From: an uncultured Actinomycetes bacterium
Lineage (GTDB): Bacteria > Actinomycetota > Thermoleophilia > Gaiellales > Gaiellaceae
Assembly: GCA_963754715.1 (NCBI GenBank)
Contig: CAVWHA010000010.1
Span: 39,045 to 103,044 of the forward strand
Length of the DNA stretch: 64,000 nt
Direction of reading: 5' to 3'
Shown here piece after piece: positions 20,746 to 29,963 of the stretch. A model generated the notes under the pieces. The model was not told the origin of the DNA. It was given only the letters and a program-made list of their open reading frames with translations, and did no database searches. Position numbers and translations under genes: made by a program. Numbering within the stretch: the first letter of the stretch is position 1; every line of letters begins with the position of its first letter.

Positions 20746-21214
20746 TGATCTCCCCCAGCTCCTTCGCGATCGACGCCGCTCCCGCCCGGTCGCCGGCGAT
20801 GACGAGGCACGTGTCGTCGCCGGCGAGGGTGCCGACGATCAAGGGATGCTCGATGCGGTCGAGAGCGCGCGCGATCGCCGGAGCCGAGCCGAGCTCGGAC
20901 TGGACGACGACGATGTTCTGCGCGGCGGCGGCGTGGAGACCGAACGCCGAGAGGACGGCCGCCAGCGCCTCGCGCGGATCGGCCCGGCGCCCGTCCTGCG
21001 GAAGGACGTAACGCGGACGGCCGAGCTGGTCGCTCGTCTTTTCCAGCCCGAGCTCCCTGATGTCACGCGAAACGGTCGCCTGGGTCGCTCGGCATCCCTC
21101 CGCCGCGAGCGCCCCGAGCAGGTCGTGCTGTGTGCCGATCCGGCGCCGGGAGACCAGGCTTGCGATCAGCCGCTGGCGCTGCGCTTTGCCGAAGGGACGC
21201 GCGTCGCTCTCCAT
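20738..21214 (-). CDS. argR: arginine repressor
   Basis: Winged-helix 'TQHDLLGALAAEGCRATQATVSRDIRELGL' and C-terminal oligomerisation/Arg-binding region 'IVGTLAGDDTCLVIA'. Confidence 0.85.
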   Translation of the reverse strand: MESDARPFGKAQRQRLIASLVSRRRIGTQHDLLGALAAEGCRATQATVSRDIRELGLEKTSDQLGRPRYVLPQDGRRADPREALAAVLSAFGLHAAAAQNIVVVQSELGSAPAIARALDRIEHPLIVGTLAGDDTCLVIAGDRAGAASIAKELGEIIG

Positions 21215-21269
21215 CGACGGAGTTTTTCAAGGTTTCCCCTTACCGCTGAAAGGTAAGTTCCACCTGGCA

Positions 21270-21398
21270 ATGCTGCGCAAGCTGACCTGGACCCTCATCT
21301 ACGGCCTCTTCGGGGCGATCGCTGCGATCGGCGCCAGGGTCGCGGCGTCGAAGGTCTACCGACTCGTGACCGGCGAAGAGCCTCCGGTGAAGAAATGA
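21270..21398 (+). CDS. small membrane-associated protein (DUF4235-like)
   Basis: 42 aa, 'MLRKLTWTLIYGLFGAIAAIGARVAASKVYRLVTGEEPP'. Stop overlaps the start of the next gene (ATGA). Confidence 0.45.
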   Translation: MLRKLTWTLIYGLFGAIAAIGARVAASKVYRLVTGEEPPVKK

Positions 21399-21760
21399 CG
21401 GCCAAGGCCGACCAGGTGCTGGATCGCGCCGCCGACCGCCTGCGCGAGTTCGCCGACCGCGCCGCCGCCGAGGGAGGGGTCGCCGCCAAGCTGGCACAGC
21501 CGCTCGCCGAGGACGCCGCGTTCCTTCGCAAGCTGAAGCCGAGCCTGATCGCCGCTCGCATGAAAGGCGAGGCGCCGACCGACCAGCCGGCCGGCAGCGG
21601 CGCTCCAGCCGCGCCGACCGCGCCCCAGCTGGGCAAGAGGCCGAAGCCGAAGAAGAAGGGCGGCCCGAGCCCGTTCCTCGTCGTCGGAGCGGCGCTGCTC
21701 ACCGGCATCGTCCTCGCAAAAGTGATCGACTGGAGGGGCCATGCCCACCCCAGAGACTGA
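21395..21760 (+). CDS. hypothetical membrane-anchored protein
   Basis: 121 aa: helical N-terminus, Pro/Lys-rich linker and C-terminal TM segment 'FLVVGAALLTGIVLAKVI'. Confidence 0.5.
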   Translation: MTAKADQVLDRAADRLREFADRAAAEGGVAAKLAQPLAEDAAFLRKLKPSLIAARMKGEAPTDQPAGSGAPAAPTAPQLGKRPKPKKKGGPSPFLVVGAALLTGIVLAKVIDWRGHAHPRD

Positions 21761-22151
21761 GCCCCGCACCCATCCCGGCCTCGGCGCGGCCGCCAAGGGG
21801 GTCGCCGAGCATGCAAGCGCGATCGCCCGGCTCGAGATCGAGCTCGCCACGATGGAGCTCAAGAAGAAGGTCGCGGCCCTCGGCATCGGGATCGGGCTGC
21901 TTGTAGGTGCCCTCGTGCTCGCCCTGTACGGCATCGGCTTCCTCTTCGCAACGATCACGGCGGCGCTCGCGACCTTCATGCCGATCTGGCTCTCGCTTCT
22001 CGTCGTCACCCTCTTCCTGTTCGCCGTCGCCGGAGTGCTCGGGTATCTCGGTATTCGCTACGTCAGTCGCGGGACCCCGCCGATGCCGAAGCAGGCGATC
22101 GACGAGGCAAAGCTCACGACCCAGGCCCTGAAGAGCAATGGCGCCAGGTAA
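21741..22151 (+). CDS. phage-holin-family (Holin-X type) membrane protein
   Basis: 136 aa with two adjacent TM helices after an amphipathic 'LARLEIELATMELKKK' segment, an architecture common in actinobacterial 'holin-X' proteins. Confidence 0.5.
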   Translation: MPTPETEPRTHPGLGAAAKGVAEHASAIARLEIELATMELKKKVAALGIGIGLLVGALVLALYGIGFLFATITAALATFMPIWLSLLVVTLFLFAVAGVLGYLGIRYVSRGTPPMPKQAIDEAKLTTQALKSNGAR

Positions 22152-22425
22152 CTCGCGAACTCCCGAGGTCGTCCGGCACGAGCTCGAGGCCGAGCGCGAG
22201 CAGCTCGCCACGGCGGTGGACTCCCTCCGAGCCGAGGTGAAAGAGGCGACCGACATCGGCTCGAAGCTCCAGGCGAACCTGCCGGTCATCGCAGCAGGAG
22301 CCGCGGGCGTCGGTTTCTTCCTCGCCGGCGGGATCGGCGCGACGATGCGGCTGCTTGCACGCAGAGGCCGCGAGGGGAAGGAAAAGGCCCGCTTCGGCCG
22401 CTTCTCCTTTGTCGACCGCGACTGA
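22138..22425 (+). CDS. DUF3618-like small coiled-coil/TM protein
   Basis: 95 aa: 'EVVRHELEAEREQLATAVDSLRAEVKE' followed by TM segment 'LPVIAAGAAGVGFFLAGGIGA'. Confidence 0.45.
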   Translation: MAPGNSRTPEVVRHELEAEREQLATAVDSLRAEVKEATDIGSKLQANLPVIAAGAAGVGFFLAGGIGATMRLLARRGREGKEKARFGRFSFVDRD

Positions 22426-23350
22426 AAACGCCGAAGTAGGACACGTCCCCAGCGGGCCACAGCGGCTGGGCCTCGGCGAGTGGGTGTCCGTCTTCAAGCG
22501 CGCGTTCGGAGGGTTCCTGGCCGACGACTGCATGGGCTACGCGCAGCAGATCGCGTTCAGCTCGCTCCTCGCGTTCTTTCCCGCGGTCATCCTCGTGGTC
22601 GGCCTGCTCGGCCTGATCGGCGCCTACGACGACCTCCAGGAGTTCCTTGGCGCGATCGCACCCGGCGCCGTCATGGACGCGATCGACACCGCACAGAAGA
22701 GCGCATCCGGAGAGGGCACTGCGTCCTCCCTCGCCGTCGTCTTCGGAGCCTTCGGCGCCGTCTGGGCCGCAAGCGGCGCGATGAACTCCGTGATCAAGGC
22801 CGTCAACGCAGCGTACGAGCGGGTGGAGACACGGCCGTTCTGGAAGGTGCGCATCACCTCGATCGTCCTCGTCCTGGCCAGCGGCTTCGCGTTCGCGTCG
22901 ATGTTCGTGCTGATCGTCTTCGGAGGCCCGGTCGGCGACGCGATCGCCAAGCAGGCCCATCTCGGAGGAGCGTTCGACCTCTTGTGGGCTCTCGTCCGCT
23001 GGCCGATCGCCTTCGCCGGTGTCCTCGTCTTCTTCAGCCTCGTCTACTACGCAGGCCCGAATGTGGATCAGCGGAGCTGGAAATGGATCACGCCCGGATC
23101 TCTCGTCGGCGCGATCGCCTGGCTCGCGCTCTCGGGCCTCTTCGCGCTCTACACCAGCTTCTCGAGCTCCTACGACAAGACGTACGGCTCACTCGCCGGG
23201 GGAATCATCCTCCTGCTCTGGCTGAACTACTCGGCGTTCGCGCTGCTCTTCGGGGCGGAGCTGAACTCGGAGCTCGATCGCCAGGCCGACATCCACGCAG
23301 CCGGCGGGGAGAAGGCCGGCCTCGTGAAGCAGGCCCGGCGATCGCACTAG
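22355..23350 (+). CDS. YihY/BrkB (virulence factor BrkB / 'RNase BN-like') family membrane protein
   Basis: 'AFGGFLADDCMGYAQQIAFSSLLAFFPAVILVVGLLG' plus 5-6 TM segments and 'LLLWLNYSAFALLFGAELN'. The start is uncertain because the ORF-track start overlaps the previous gene by 71 nt. Confidence 0.75.
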   Translation: MHAEAARGRKRPASAASPLSTATENAEVGHVPSGPQRLGLGEWVSVFKRAFGGFLADDCMGYAQQIAFSSLLAFFPAVILVVGLLGLIGAYDDLQEFLGAIAPGAVMDAIDTAQKSASGEGTASSLAVVFGAFGAVWAASGAMNSVIKAVNAAYERVETRPFWKVRITSIVLVLASGFAFASMFVLIVFGGPVGDAIAKQAHLGGAFDLLWALVRWPIAFAGVLVFFSLVYYAGPNVDQRSWKWITPGSLVGAIAWLALSGLFALYTSFSSSYDKTYGSLAGGIILLLWLNYSAFALLFGAELNSELDRQADIHAAGGEKAGLVKQARRSH

Positions 23351-23359
23351 GGCAGCGCA

Positions 23360-24047
23360 CTACGTCGCCCTGAAGCTCCCTTTCATCCGCGCTGCATGCG
23401 GATCGCAGCGGAAGCGGTAGGTCTTGCCCTTCCGGAAGGTGACCGTCCAGGTCGTCGTCCCCCGGTAACCGACGCCGGTCTTCTTGTTCACACCCAGTCC
23501 GAGCAGGTGGAAGTTGTGCATCGACGACCTGTCGCGGACGACGATCCGGTAGCGGCCGGCCTTCAACCGAGTGATCCGCGCGCCTCGACTGCGTGCGTAG
23601 CGAGATCGTGGCACCGGGACCGACCGTCGCAGTCAGCGTCTGGATCTTCGGCGGCGGCGGAGGCGGCTGGGCGGGTGGCCCACCGCCCGTCGTGAACGAA
23701 CCGCGCAGGGTCGTGTTGTGCGGGTCGCAGACGAACGTGTACCGGGCCCGGTCCTGGAGGGTGACCGTCCAGGTCACAGTGCCGATCGTCTCGACCTCCG
23801 TCCGCTGGTCGACGCCAGGGCCGGAGAGATGGAAGTTGTGCATGATCGACTGGTCCCGCACCTCGATCGTGTAGGTCCCGGCAGGGATGTCATGGACGTC
23901 GGTGCCGCTCTCGGTCGTGAGCGAGATGGTCGCGGGGTCCGAGACGGTGCCGATGAGCTTGGTCTGAGCGAGTGCGACTGTGGGCGATGCGAGCGCCGCC
24001 AGCGTCGCGAAGGCGGCGAGCACTATGAGTCGTTTGCGGTGGGTCAT
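23360..24047 (-). CDS. secreted tandem cupredoxin (type-1 copper) domain protein; frameshifted as assembled at ~23585
   Basis: ATG 24047 has a strong SD (GAGGGGGA). Signal peptide 'MTHRKRLIVLAAFATLAALASPTVALA'. Domain 1: '...IMHNFHLSGPGV...YTFVCDPHNTTLRGSF'. After a poly-Pro linker, domain 2 continues in ORF 23360-23614: 'SMHNFHLLGLGV...YRFRCDPHAARMKGSF'. Skipping one base gives 'TQSGARITRLKAG', collinear with 'TESGTDVHDIPAG' of domain 1. Confidence 0.75.
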
Positions 24048-24262
24048 GTCCCCCTCTACGTCCTTCATGCGCCGAACGGTTTTACGAGCCTCTGACGAAC
24101 TTGGGCCTGAGCCGCCGGGCCGCGCTGGCACGGCGCGAGGCCGACGTCCTCAGTCGCGCCCGTATCGCTGCGGATACGGACGCTCCCTGCGTCCTTGCCT
24201 CACGCCGCCCATCGCGGCCCGTCGACGAGCACAAGCACGTCAGAAGCTCTTAGACTCGCACC

Positions 24263-24682
24263 ATGGCACTTCGGAAGAACGCGAAGGTGGAGCTCATCAA
24301 GGGCGTCCCGCTCTTCTCGGAGCTCGGCAAGCGGGAGCTCAACGAGGTGGCGTCGATCGCGGACGAGATCGACCTGCGTGAGGGCAAGGAGCTGACGGTC
24401 GAGGGCCAGCCGGGGCGGGAGTTCTTCGTGATCATCGAAGGCGACGCCGCAGTCCGGCAGGGCGACCGGGAGATCAACCGCCTCACTGCCGGAGACTTCT
24501 TCGGCGAGATCGCGCTGGTCGAGGATCGGCCCCGGACTGCGACCGTCGTCGCCGAGACGCCGATTCGCGCGCTCGTGATCACCGACCGGAGCTTCCGGAC
24601 GCTGCTCGACCGCTCGCCCGAGATCGAGAGCAAGGTGATGAGCGCGAAGGCGGCTCGGCTCTCGCCCGAACCAGAGCTTTAG
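24263..24682 (+). CDS. stand-alone cyclic-nucleotide-binding domain protein
   Basis: 139 aa; 'VPLFSELGKRELNEVA...GREFFVIIEGDAAV...GDFFGEIALVEDRPRTATVVA' is a canonical cNMP-binding motif (FGE...R.A). Confidence 0.85.
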   Translation: MALRKNAKVELIKGVPLFSELGKRELNEVASIADEIDLREGKELTVEGQPGREFFVIIEGDAAVRQGDREINRLTAGDFFGEIALVEDRPRTATVVAETPIRALVITDRSFRTLLDRSPEIESKVMSAKAARLSPEPEL

Positions 24683-26968
24683 GCCCGCAGCTCGGCGCCG
24701 AACTTCGCCTTCAGGGCGCTGACGATCTTCTCGCGCAGGCTCGCGGCCTCGTCGTCGGTCAGCGTTCGGTCAGGCGACTGGAACTCGACGCTGAAGGCGA
24801 CCGACTTGCGCCCCTCCCCAGCCTGCTCGCCGCGGTAGACGTCGAACGGGGTCATCTCTCGCAGCTCGGGCCCCGCGGCCTCACGCGCCGCGTCGACCAG
24901 ATCGCCGGCCGCCACGTCCTCGTCGACGGCGAACGCGAGATCCTGCCGCACAGCCGGATAGGTGATGACGTCCTCGTAGGCGACGCGCTCGGGAACACCG
25001 GCGAGGAGTGCGGCCAGGTCGAGCTCGAACGCGCTCCACGTGCCCTCGAGCCGACCCGGACGCACTTCCCCGACGACACCGAACTCGAGGTTCGCGGTCT
25101 TTCCCGGGTGGAGGAGCGGATGCTCGCCGCGCTCGAACGCCGCCTGCACGCCGAGGGCGCCGAGAACCGTCTCGACCGCGCCCTTCGCCCTGCTGTAGGA
25201 GCCTTCCGCGACGCCGCCGACGTGCACGCGCTCGTCCGGCAGGCCTTCCGCCGGCAGATAGATGTGCGCGATCTCGAAGAGCGCGATGCCGCTGTTCCCG
25301 ACCGACTGGTTGTACCGGGCGGCCTCGAAGAGCGTCGGAAGCAGCGTCGTGCGGAGCACGGCCATTTCCTGCGACTGCGGCTGCGGGATCCGCAGCGCGT
25401 CCGGCCGCGGATCCTGCGCGAGGAGGCTTGGCGTGTAGGCCTCGGAGAATCCTGCTCCGACGAGGGCATCCTCCACGAGTCGGCGGAGCTGCTGCTCGGG
25501 TGAGAGGCGGCCGAACATCTCCCGCCTCGCGGGCAGCGTGAACGGAACCTCGTCCAGCTTCATGCGGCCGACCTCCTCGATCAGGTCGACCTCACGCGTC
25601 ACGTCGCGCATCCGCCAGGTCGGAACGCGGACGTCCCAGTCCTGCTCGACCTCGAACAGGAGCGCCGTCAGGATCTCGCGCTGCCGATCCTCGGGAACCT
25701 CGAGCCCGAGCAAGGCCGAGGTCCGCTCGGTGCGCAGGTGGACGAGCGGCGGCTCTGGAAGCTTGTCCTTGGCGTCGGCGTCTCCGACCCAACGCGCGCC
25801 GGCGAACTCGGCGAAGAGCTGGCTACAAAGGACTGCGGCCTGCTCCGCCAGGTACGGGTCGACGCCCTTCTCCCACCGCCCGGACGCCTCCGAGCGGAGG
25901 CCGAGGCGTTCGGAGGTCCGCTGGATCCCACTCGGCTCGAAGTTCGCAGCCTCGAGCAGGAGGTCGGTCGTCTCGTCGGTGACCTCGCTGTCCTCGCCGC
26001 CCATGATCCCGGCGATCGCAACCGGGCGGGCGGCATCGGCGATCACGAGATCCTCCGGGGTCAGGACGCGGACGTTGCCGTCGAGCGTGCGGATCTCCTC
26101 GTTCGGCGCTGCACGGCGTACGACGATCCGGCCCTCGGCGAGCTTCGTCTGGTCGAAGGCGTGCAACGGACTGCCCAAAGCGAGCATCACGTAGTTCGTG
26201 GCGTCGACGACGTTCGAGATCGGCCGCATCCCGGCCGCCACGAGCCGGGCTCGCAGCCACGGCGGTGAAGGCCCGATCCGGACGTCCCGGAACGTGCGGC
26301 CGACGTAGCGGGGGCAGCGCTCGAAGTCCTCGATCCGGATGTCGACCGCCTCGTCGGCGTCTGCGCTCGGGATCCGTCCCGGGCATCGGCTTGAGCTCAC
26401 TGCGGAAGATCGCGGCGACCTCGCGCGCCATTCCGTAGATCGAGAGCAGGTCGCCTCGGTTCGGAGTGGTCTCGACCTCGAGCACCTCCTCGCCGAGCGG
26501 AAGGACGTCGGCGAGCGGCGTTCCGGGCTGCAGGCCGTCCTCGAGCACCATGATCCCGGAGTGGTCGGTGCCGAGCTCGAGCTCCTGCTCGGAGAGGATC
26601 ATCCCGGAGGAGCTCTCTCCCCGGAGCTTGACCTCCTCGAGTCGCTGGCCGCCCGGCAGGACTGCTCCCGGAAGGGCGACGGCCACAGTGGCGCCGGCGC
26701 CGAAGTTCCAGGCGCCGCAGACGATCTGGCGCGGCTCCCCCTCGCCCACGTCGACGCGGCAGAGCTGGAGCCGGTCCGCGTTCGGGTGCTTCCCCGCCTC
26801 GACGACGCGGCCGACGCGGAACAGGCCGAGGTTTCCGTTCTCGTCGGCGACCCCGAGACGGACGATCTGCTCGACCTCGCAGGTCGAGATCGCAAGCCGG
26901 TCCGCGATCTCGTGCGTCGACGCGTCGACGTCGACGTACTCGCGCAGCCAGGAAATCGGGACCCTCAA
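24679..26968 (-). CDS. pheT: phenylalanine--tRNA ligase beta subunit; frameshifted as assembled at ~26368
   Basis: N-terminal part lies in ORF 25823-27043 ('RVPISWLREYVDV', tRNA-binding 'KHPNADRLQLCRVDVG'). The remainder lies in ORF 24679-26400 ('IEDFERCPRYVGR...', B3/4, B5, C-terminal FDX-ACB). The frames join at '...KPMPGTDP|SADADEAVDIRIED'. The TTG start at 26968 overlaps the pheS TGA. Confidence 0.9.
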
Positions 26969-27962
26969 AATTGCTCCAGGAGCCGCAGGTCGTTCTGCCA
27001 GAGGTCGCGCGGATGTCGGGAAGCCCGTGCCGGAGCATCGCAATCCGCTCGAGGCCCCAGCCGAACGCGAACCCGGAGACCTCCTCGGGGTCGTAGCCGA
27101 CGAACTCGAAGACGTTCGGGTCGACCATTCCGGCCCCGCCGATCTCGATCCACCCGGACTGCTTGCAGACCCGGCAGCCGCTGCCGTCGCAGAGGAAGCA
27201 GGACACGTAGGCCTCGACCGAAGGCTCCGTGAAGGGGAAGAAATGGGTGGCGATGCGCGTCTCGCGGTCCTCGCCGAAGAGCGACCGCAGGAGATGCTGC
27301 AGCGTCCCCTTGAGGTCGGCGAGCGTGATCCCCTTGTCGACGGCGAGCCCCTCGACCTGGTGGAAGATCGGGTAGTGGGTCGGGTCGGCCGTGTCTCGGC
27401 GGTAGCAGCGGCCGAGCGAGACCATGTAGATCGGGGGCTTCCGCGCCTCCATCGTGTGGATCTGCGACGGCGACGTCTCCGTGCGGAGAACGATGTCGCC
27501 GCTCAGATAGAAGGTGTTGAGCGGTGACCGGGTCGGATGCGTGGCCGGCATGTTCAGGGCGTCGAAGAGATAGCGAGTCGTCTCGACCTCGCGGCCCTCG
27601 ACGACCTCGTAGCCCATGCCGAGGAAGATGTCCTCGACCTCGCGCCGGATCTGCGTGATCAGGTGCAGGTGACCTCGCGGATGCCCCTCGCCGGGGAGCG
27701 TGATGTCGATCCGCTCCTCAGTGAGAGACCGCTCGAGCTCGGCTCCCTCGAGCTCCGCCTGGCGGGCGGCGACGGCCTCCTCGATCCGCTCGCGCGCGGC
27801 GTTCAGGGCCATCCCCGTCTCGCGGTCTCGAACCTCGCGCAGCGCCTGTTTCAGCTCGCTCTTGCGACCGAGGTACCTGACGCGGGCGTCGTCCAGCTCC
27901 TCGGTCGTCGACGAGCTCGAGACGGCGCTCAGCGCCTCCTGCGCGAGAGCCTCAGCGTCCAA
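26965..27962 (-). CDS. pheS: phenylalanine--tRNA ligase alpha subunit; frameshifted as assembled at ~27005-27012
   Basis: Class II motifs 'FPFTEPS', 'GWIEIGGAGMVDPNV', 'GFAFGWGLERIAMLRHGLPDIR'. The canonical C-terminus 'DLWQNDLRLLEQF*' is found in ORF 26965-27153 in another frame, with the switch inside a CGCGCG run. TTG start at 27962. Confidence 0.9.
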
Positions 27963-28097
27963 GACGGCCCCGGATCGAGTGTCGTCGGGTCGGCAGCTCT
28001 GTCGTCAGCGCCGGTCCCCGGACTCGAGCCGGGGCCGCGTAAACGGGGAATCCAGGCGCTTCCGTGCCACGCGCACACGATAACGGAGAATGCGGCC

Positions 28098-28820
28098 GTG
28101 GACCCCTACGCGCCCTTCGCGGAGATCTACGAGGCCTGGTCGGACGACATGACGGAGGACGTCCCGTTCTACGTCGAGCTCGCCCGAGAGGCGGACGGGC
28201 CGGTGGTCGAGCTCGCCGTCGGAACCGGACGGGTGGCTGTGCCGGTGGCGAAAGCGATCGGTCGTCCGATGCTCGGGATCGACCGGTCGGCCGCGATGCT
28301 CTCGAAGGCCCGGGCGGCCGCCGAGGAAGCCGGAGTCGACCTCGAGCTCCGCGAAGGGGACATGCGCGAGCTCTCGCTCGACGAGCCGGCGGCGCTCATC
28401 TACTGCCCCTACCGGTCGCTGCTCCACCTGCCGACCTGGGCTGACCGGCGCACTGTGTTCGAGCGCGTGGCCGCCTCGCTGAAGCCGGGCGGACGGTTCG
28501 CCTGGAACGTCGTTCGTGTTCGATCCCCACATCGCGGCGTCGATGGACCGACGTGGCGCGTCCGCATCGAGGGTCCGACGACGCTCTGGGAGTACGTCGA
28601 GCACCACCCCGAGGACAACCGCATCGAGATCACGGCCTACGTCGACCGGCCGGGACAGGGCGGCCGGACCCTCCAGCTCTGGTGGCTGACGCGCTCGGAG
28701 TGGGAAGGCCTGATCGACGTCGCCGGCCTCGAGGTCGAGGCGCTCTACGGCTGGTTCGACAAGCGTCCCTTCGACGAGGCGAGCCGGGAGTTCGTGTGGA
28801 TCGCGCGAAAGCCGATCTAG
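28098..28820 (+). CDS. class I SAM-dependent methyltransferase
   Basis: GTG 28098 follows ACGGAGA. SAM motif I 'VVELAVGTGRVAVPVA', post-I 'GIDRSAAML', and 'GGRFAWNV'. The earlier part of ORF 27537 is antisense to pheS. Confidence 0.8.
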   Translation: MDPYAPFAEIYEAWSDDMTEDVPFYVELAREADGPVVELAVGTGRVAVPVAKAIGRPMLGIDRSAAMLSKARAAAEEAGVDLELREGDMRELSLDEPAALIYCPYRSLLHLPTWADRRTVFERVAASLKPGGRFAWNVVRVRSPHRGVDGPTWRVRIEGPTTLWEYVEHHPEDNRIEITAYVDRPGQGGRTLQLWWLTRSEWEGLIDVAGLEVEALYGWFDKRPFDEASREFVWIARKPI

Positions 28821-29532
28821 CTCCTCCCAGTCCTTACGACGCGATCGCGGAGCTCTACGACCCGTGGAGCCGGAGCGTCACCGAGGACATCCCCTTCTAC
28901 GTCGCCGAAGCTCGCAAGTCCGGCGGGCCGGTGGTCGAGCTCGGCGTCGGCACCGGCCGGATCGCGATTCCGACGGCCGCCGCCGGAATTCCGGTGATCG
29001 GCGTCGACTCCTCAGCCGGAATGCTCGACGTCTGCCGGAGGCAGGCCGAGACGGCGGGCGTGGCCGATCTTCTCGACCTGCGGCTCGGGCGACATCGCGG
29101 ATCCGCCGGTGACCGAGCGCGTCGCCCTCGTCACGTGTCCGTTCCGGCTCCTACCTGCATCTGGCCGACTCGGCGGCGCGGCTGGAAGCCCTGCGCGCTG
29201 CGCGCGAGCTGCTCCTGCCCGGCGGACGACTGATCTTCGACGTCTTCTCCCCGAGGCGCGACGACATCGAGGCGACGCACGGACGGTGGCTCGAGCGCGA
29301 GCCCGGCATCTTCGAGCGAGCGGATTGGGACTCCGAGGCGCGGACGCTGACACTCTCGGTCCGCGGGCCGGGCGGGGAGTCGACGATGCGGCTCGCCTGG
29401 GCCTCCGCCTCAGAGTGGAAGGAGGCGCTCCGCGACGCCGGCTTCGAGGTGGACCGCGTCTACGGCTGGTTCGACTACCAGCCGCACCGGCGCCAGGAGG
29501 ACATGGTGTTCGTCGCCAGCCGCCGGGACTGA
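28796..29532 (+). CDS. class I SAM-dependent methyltransferase (paralog of 28098-28820); two single-base insertions as assembled (~29090, ~29148)
   Basis: Frame a: 'PYDAIAELYDPWS...VVELGVGTGRIAIP...LDLRLG'. Frame b: 'DIADPPVTERVALVTCPFR'. Frame c: 'SYLHLADSAARLEAL...GGRLIFDVFSP...VYGWFDYQPHRRQEDMVFVASRRD*'. The joined product is collinear, residue for residue, with the upstream paralog ('LELREGDMRELSLDEPAALIYCPYRSLLHL'). Confidence 0.75.
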
Positions 29533-29952
29533 CTAGAGGAGCTGGACTTCGTCGCCGGCGGCGACCTCGCCGCTCTCGACGACCCGGGCGAGCATGCCGC
29601 GCTTCCCGTCGAGCTCGGCCTGCAGCCCGGGGCGGATCTCGTCCATCCTCGAGCACGGATCGCAGACCATCGTGATCTCGAACTCGGCCCCGCCGACGCG
29701 AACGCGCTGCCCGACGGGCCAGGAATGGACGTCGTCGCCCTCGATCGTGAAGTTCTCGCGGATGCGTCCGTACTCCACGCCGAGCGCGTTCAGGTGCTCG
29801 GCCGATGCGAACAGCACCTGCCGCTTCGTGCCGGGCCGCGCGTGCGCGCAGCCTTCGAGGCCATGCCCTTCGATCGCCTGGGCACGCTCGCACGGATCCA
29901 TCCGGCCGCTGCCCTTGGCCGGAGACGTCCAGAGCCCAGCAACCCGTGCCAT
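29533..29952 (-). CDS. MOSC domain protein
   Basis: 'EGCAHARPGTKRQVLFASAEHLNALG...RENFTIEG...GAEFEITMVCDPCSRMD' is the conserved MOSC Cys region. Start taken at MARVAGL. Confidence 0.65.
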   Translation of the reverse strand: MARVAGLWTSPAKGSGRMDPCERAQAIEGHGLEGCAHARPGTKRQVLFASAEHLNALGVEYGRIRENFTIEGDDVHSWPVGQRVRVGGAEFEITMVCDPCSRMDEIRPGLQAELDGKRGMLARVVESGEVAAGDEVQLL

Positions 29953-29963
29953 CTCTTTCGACT

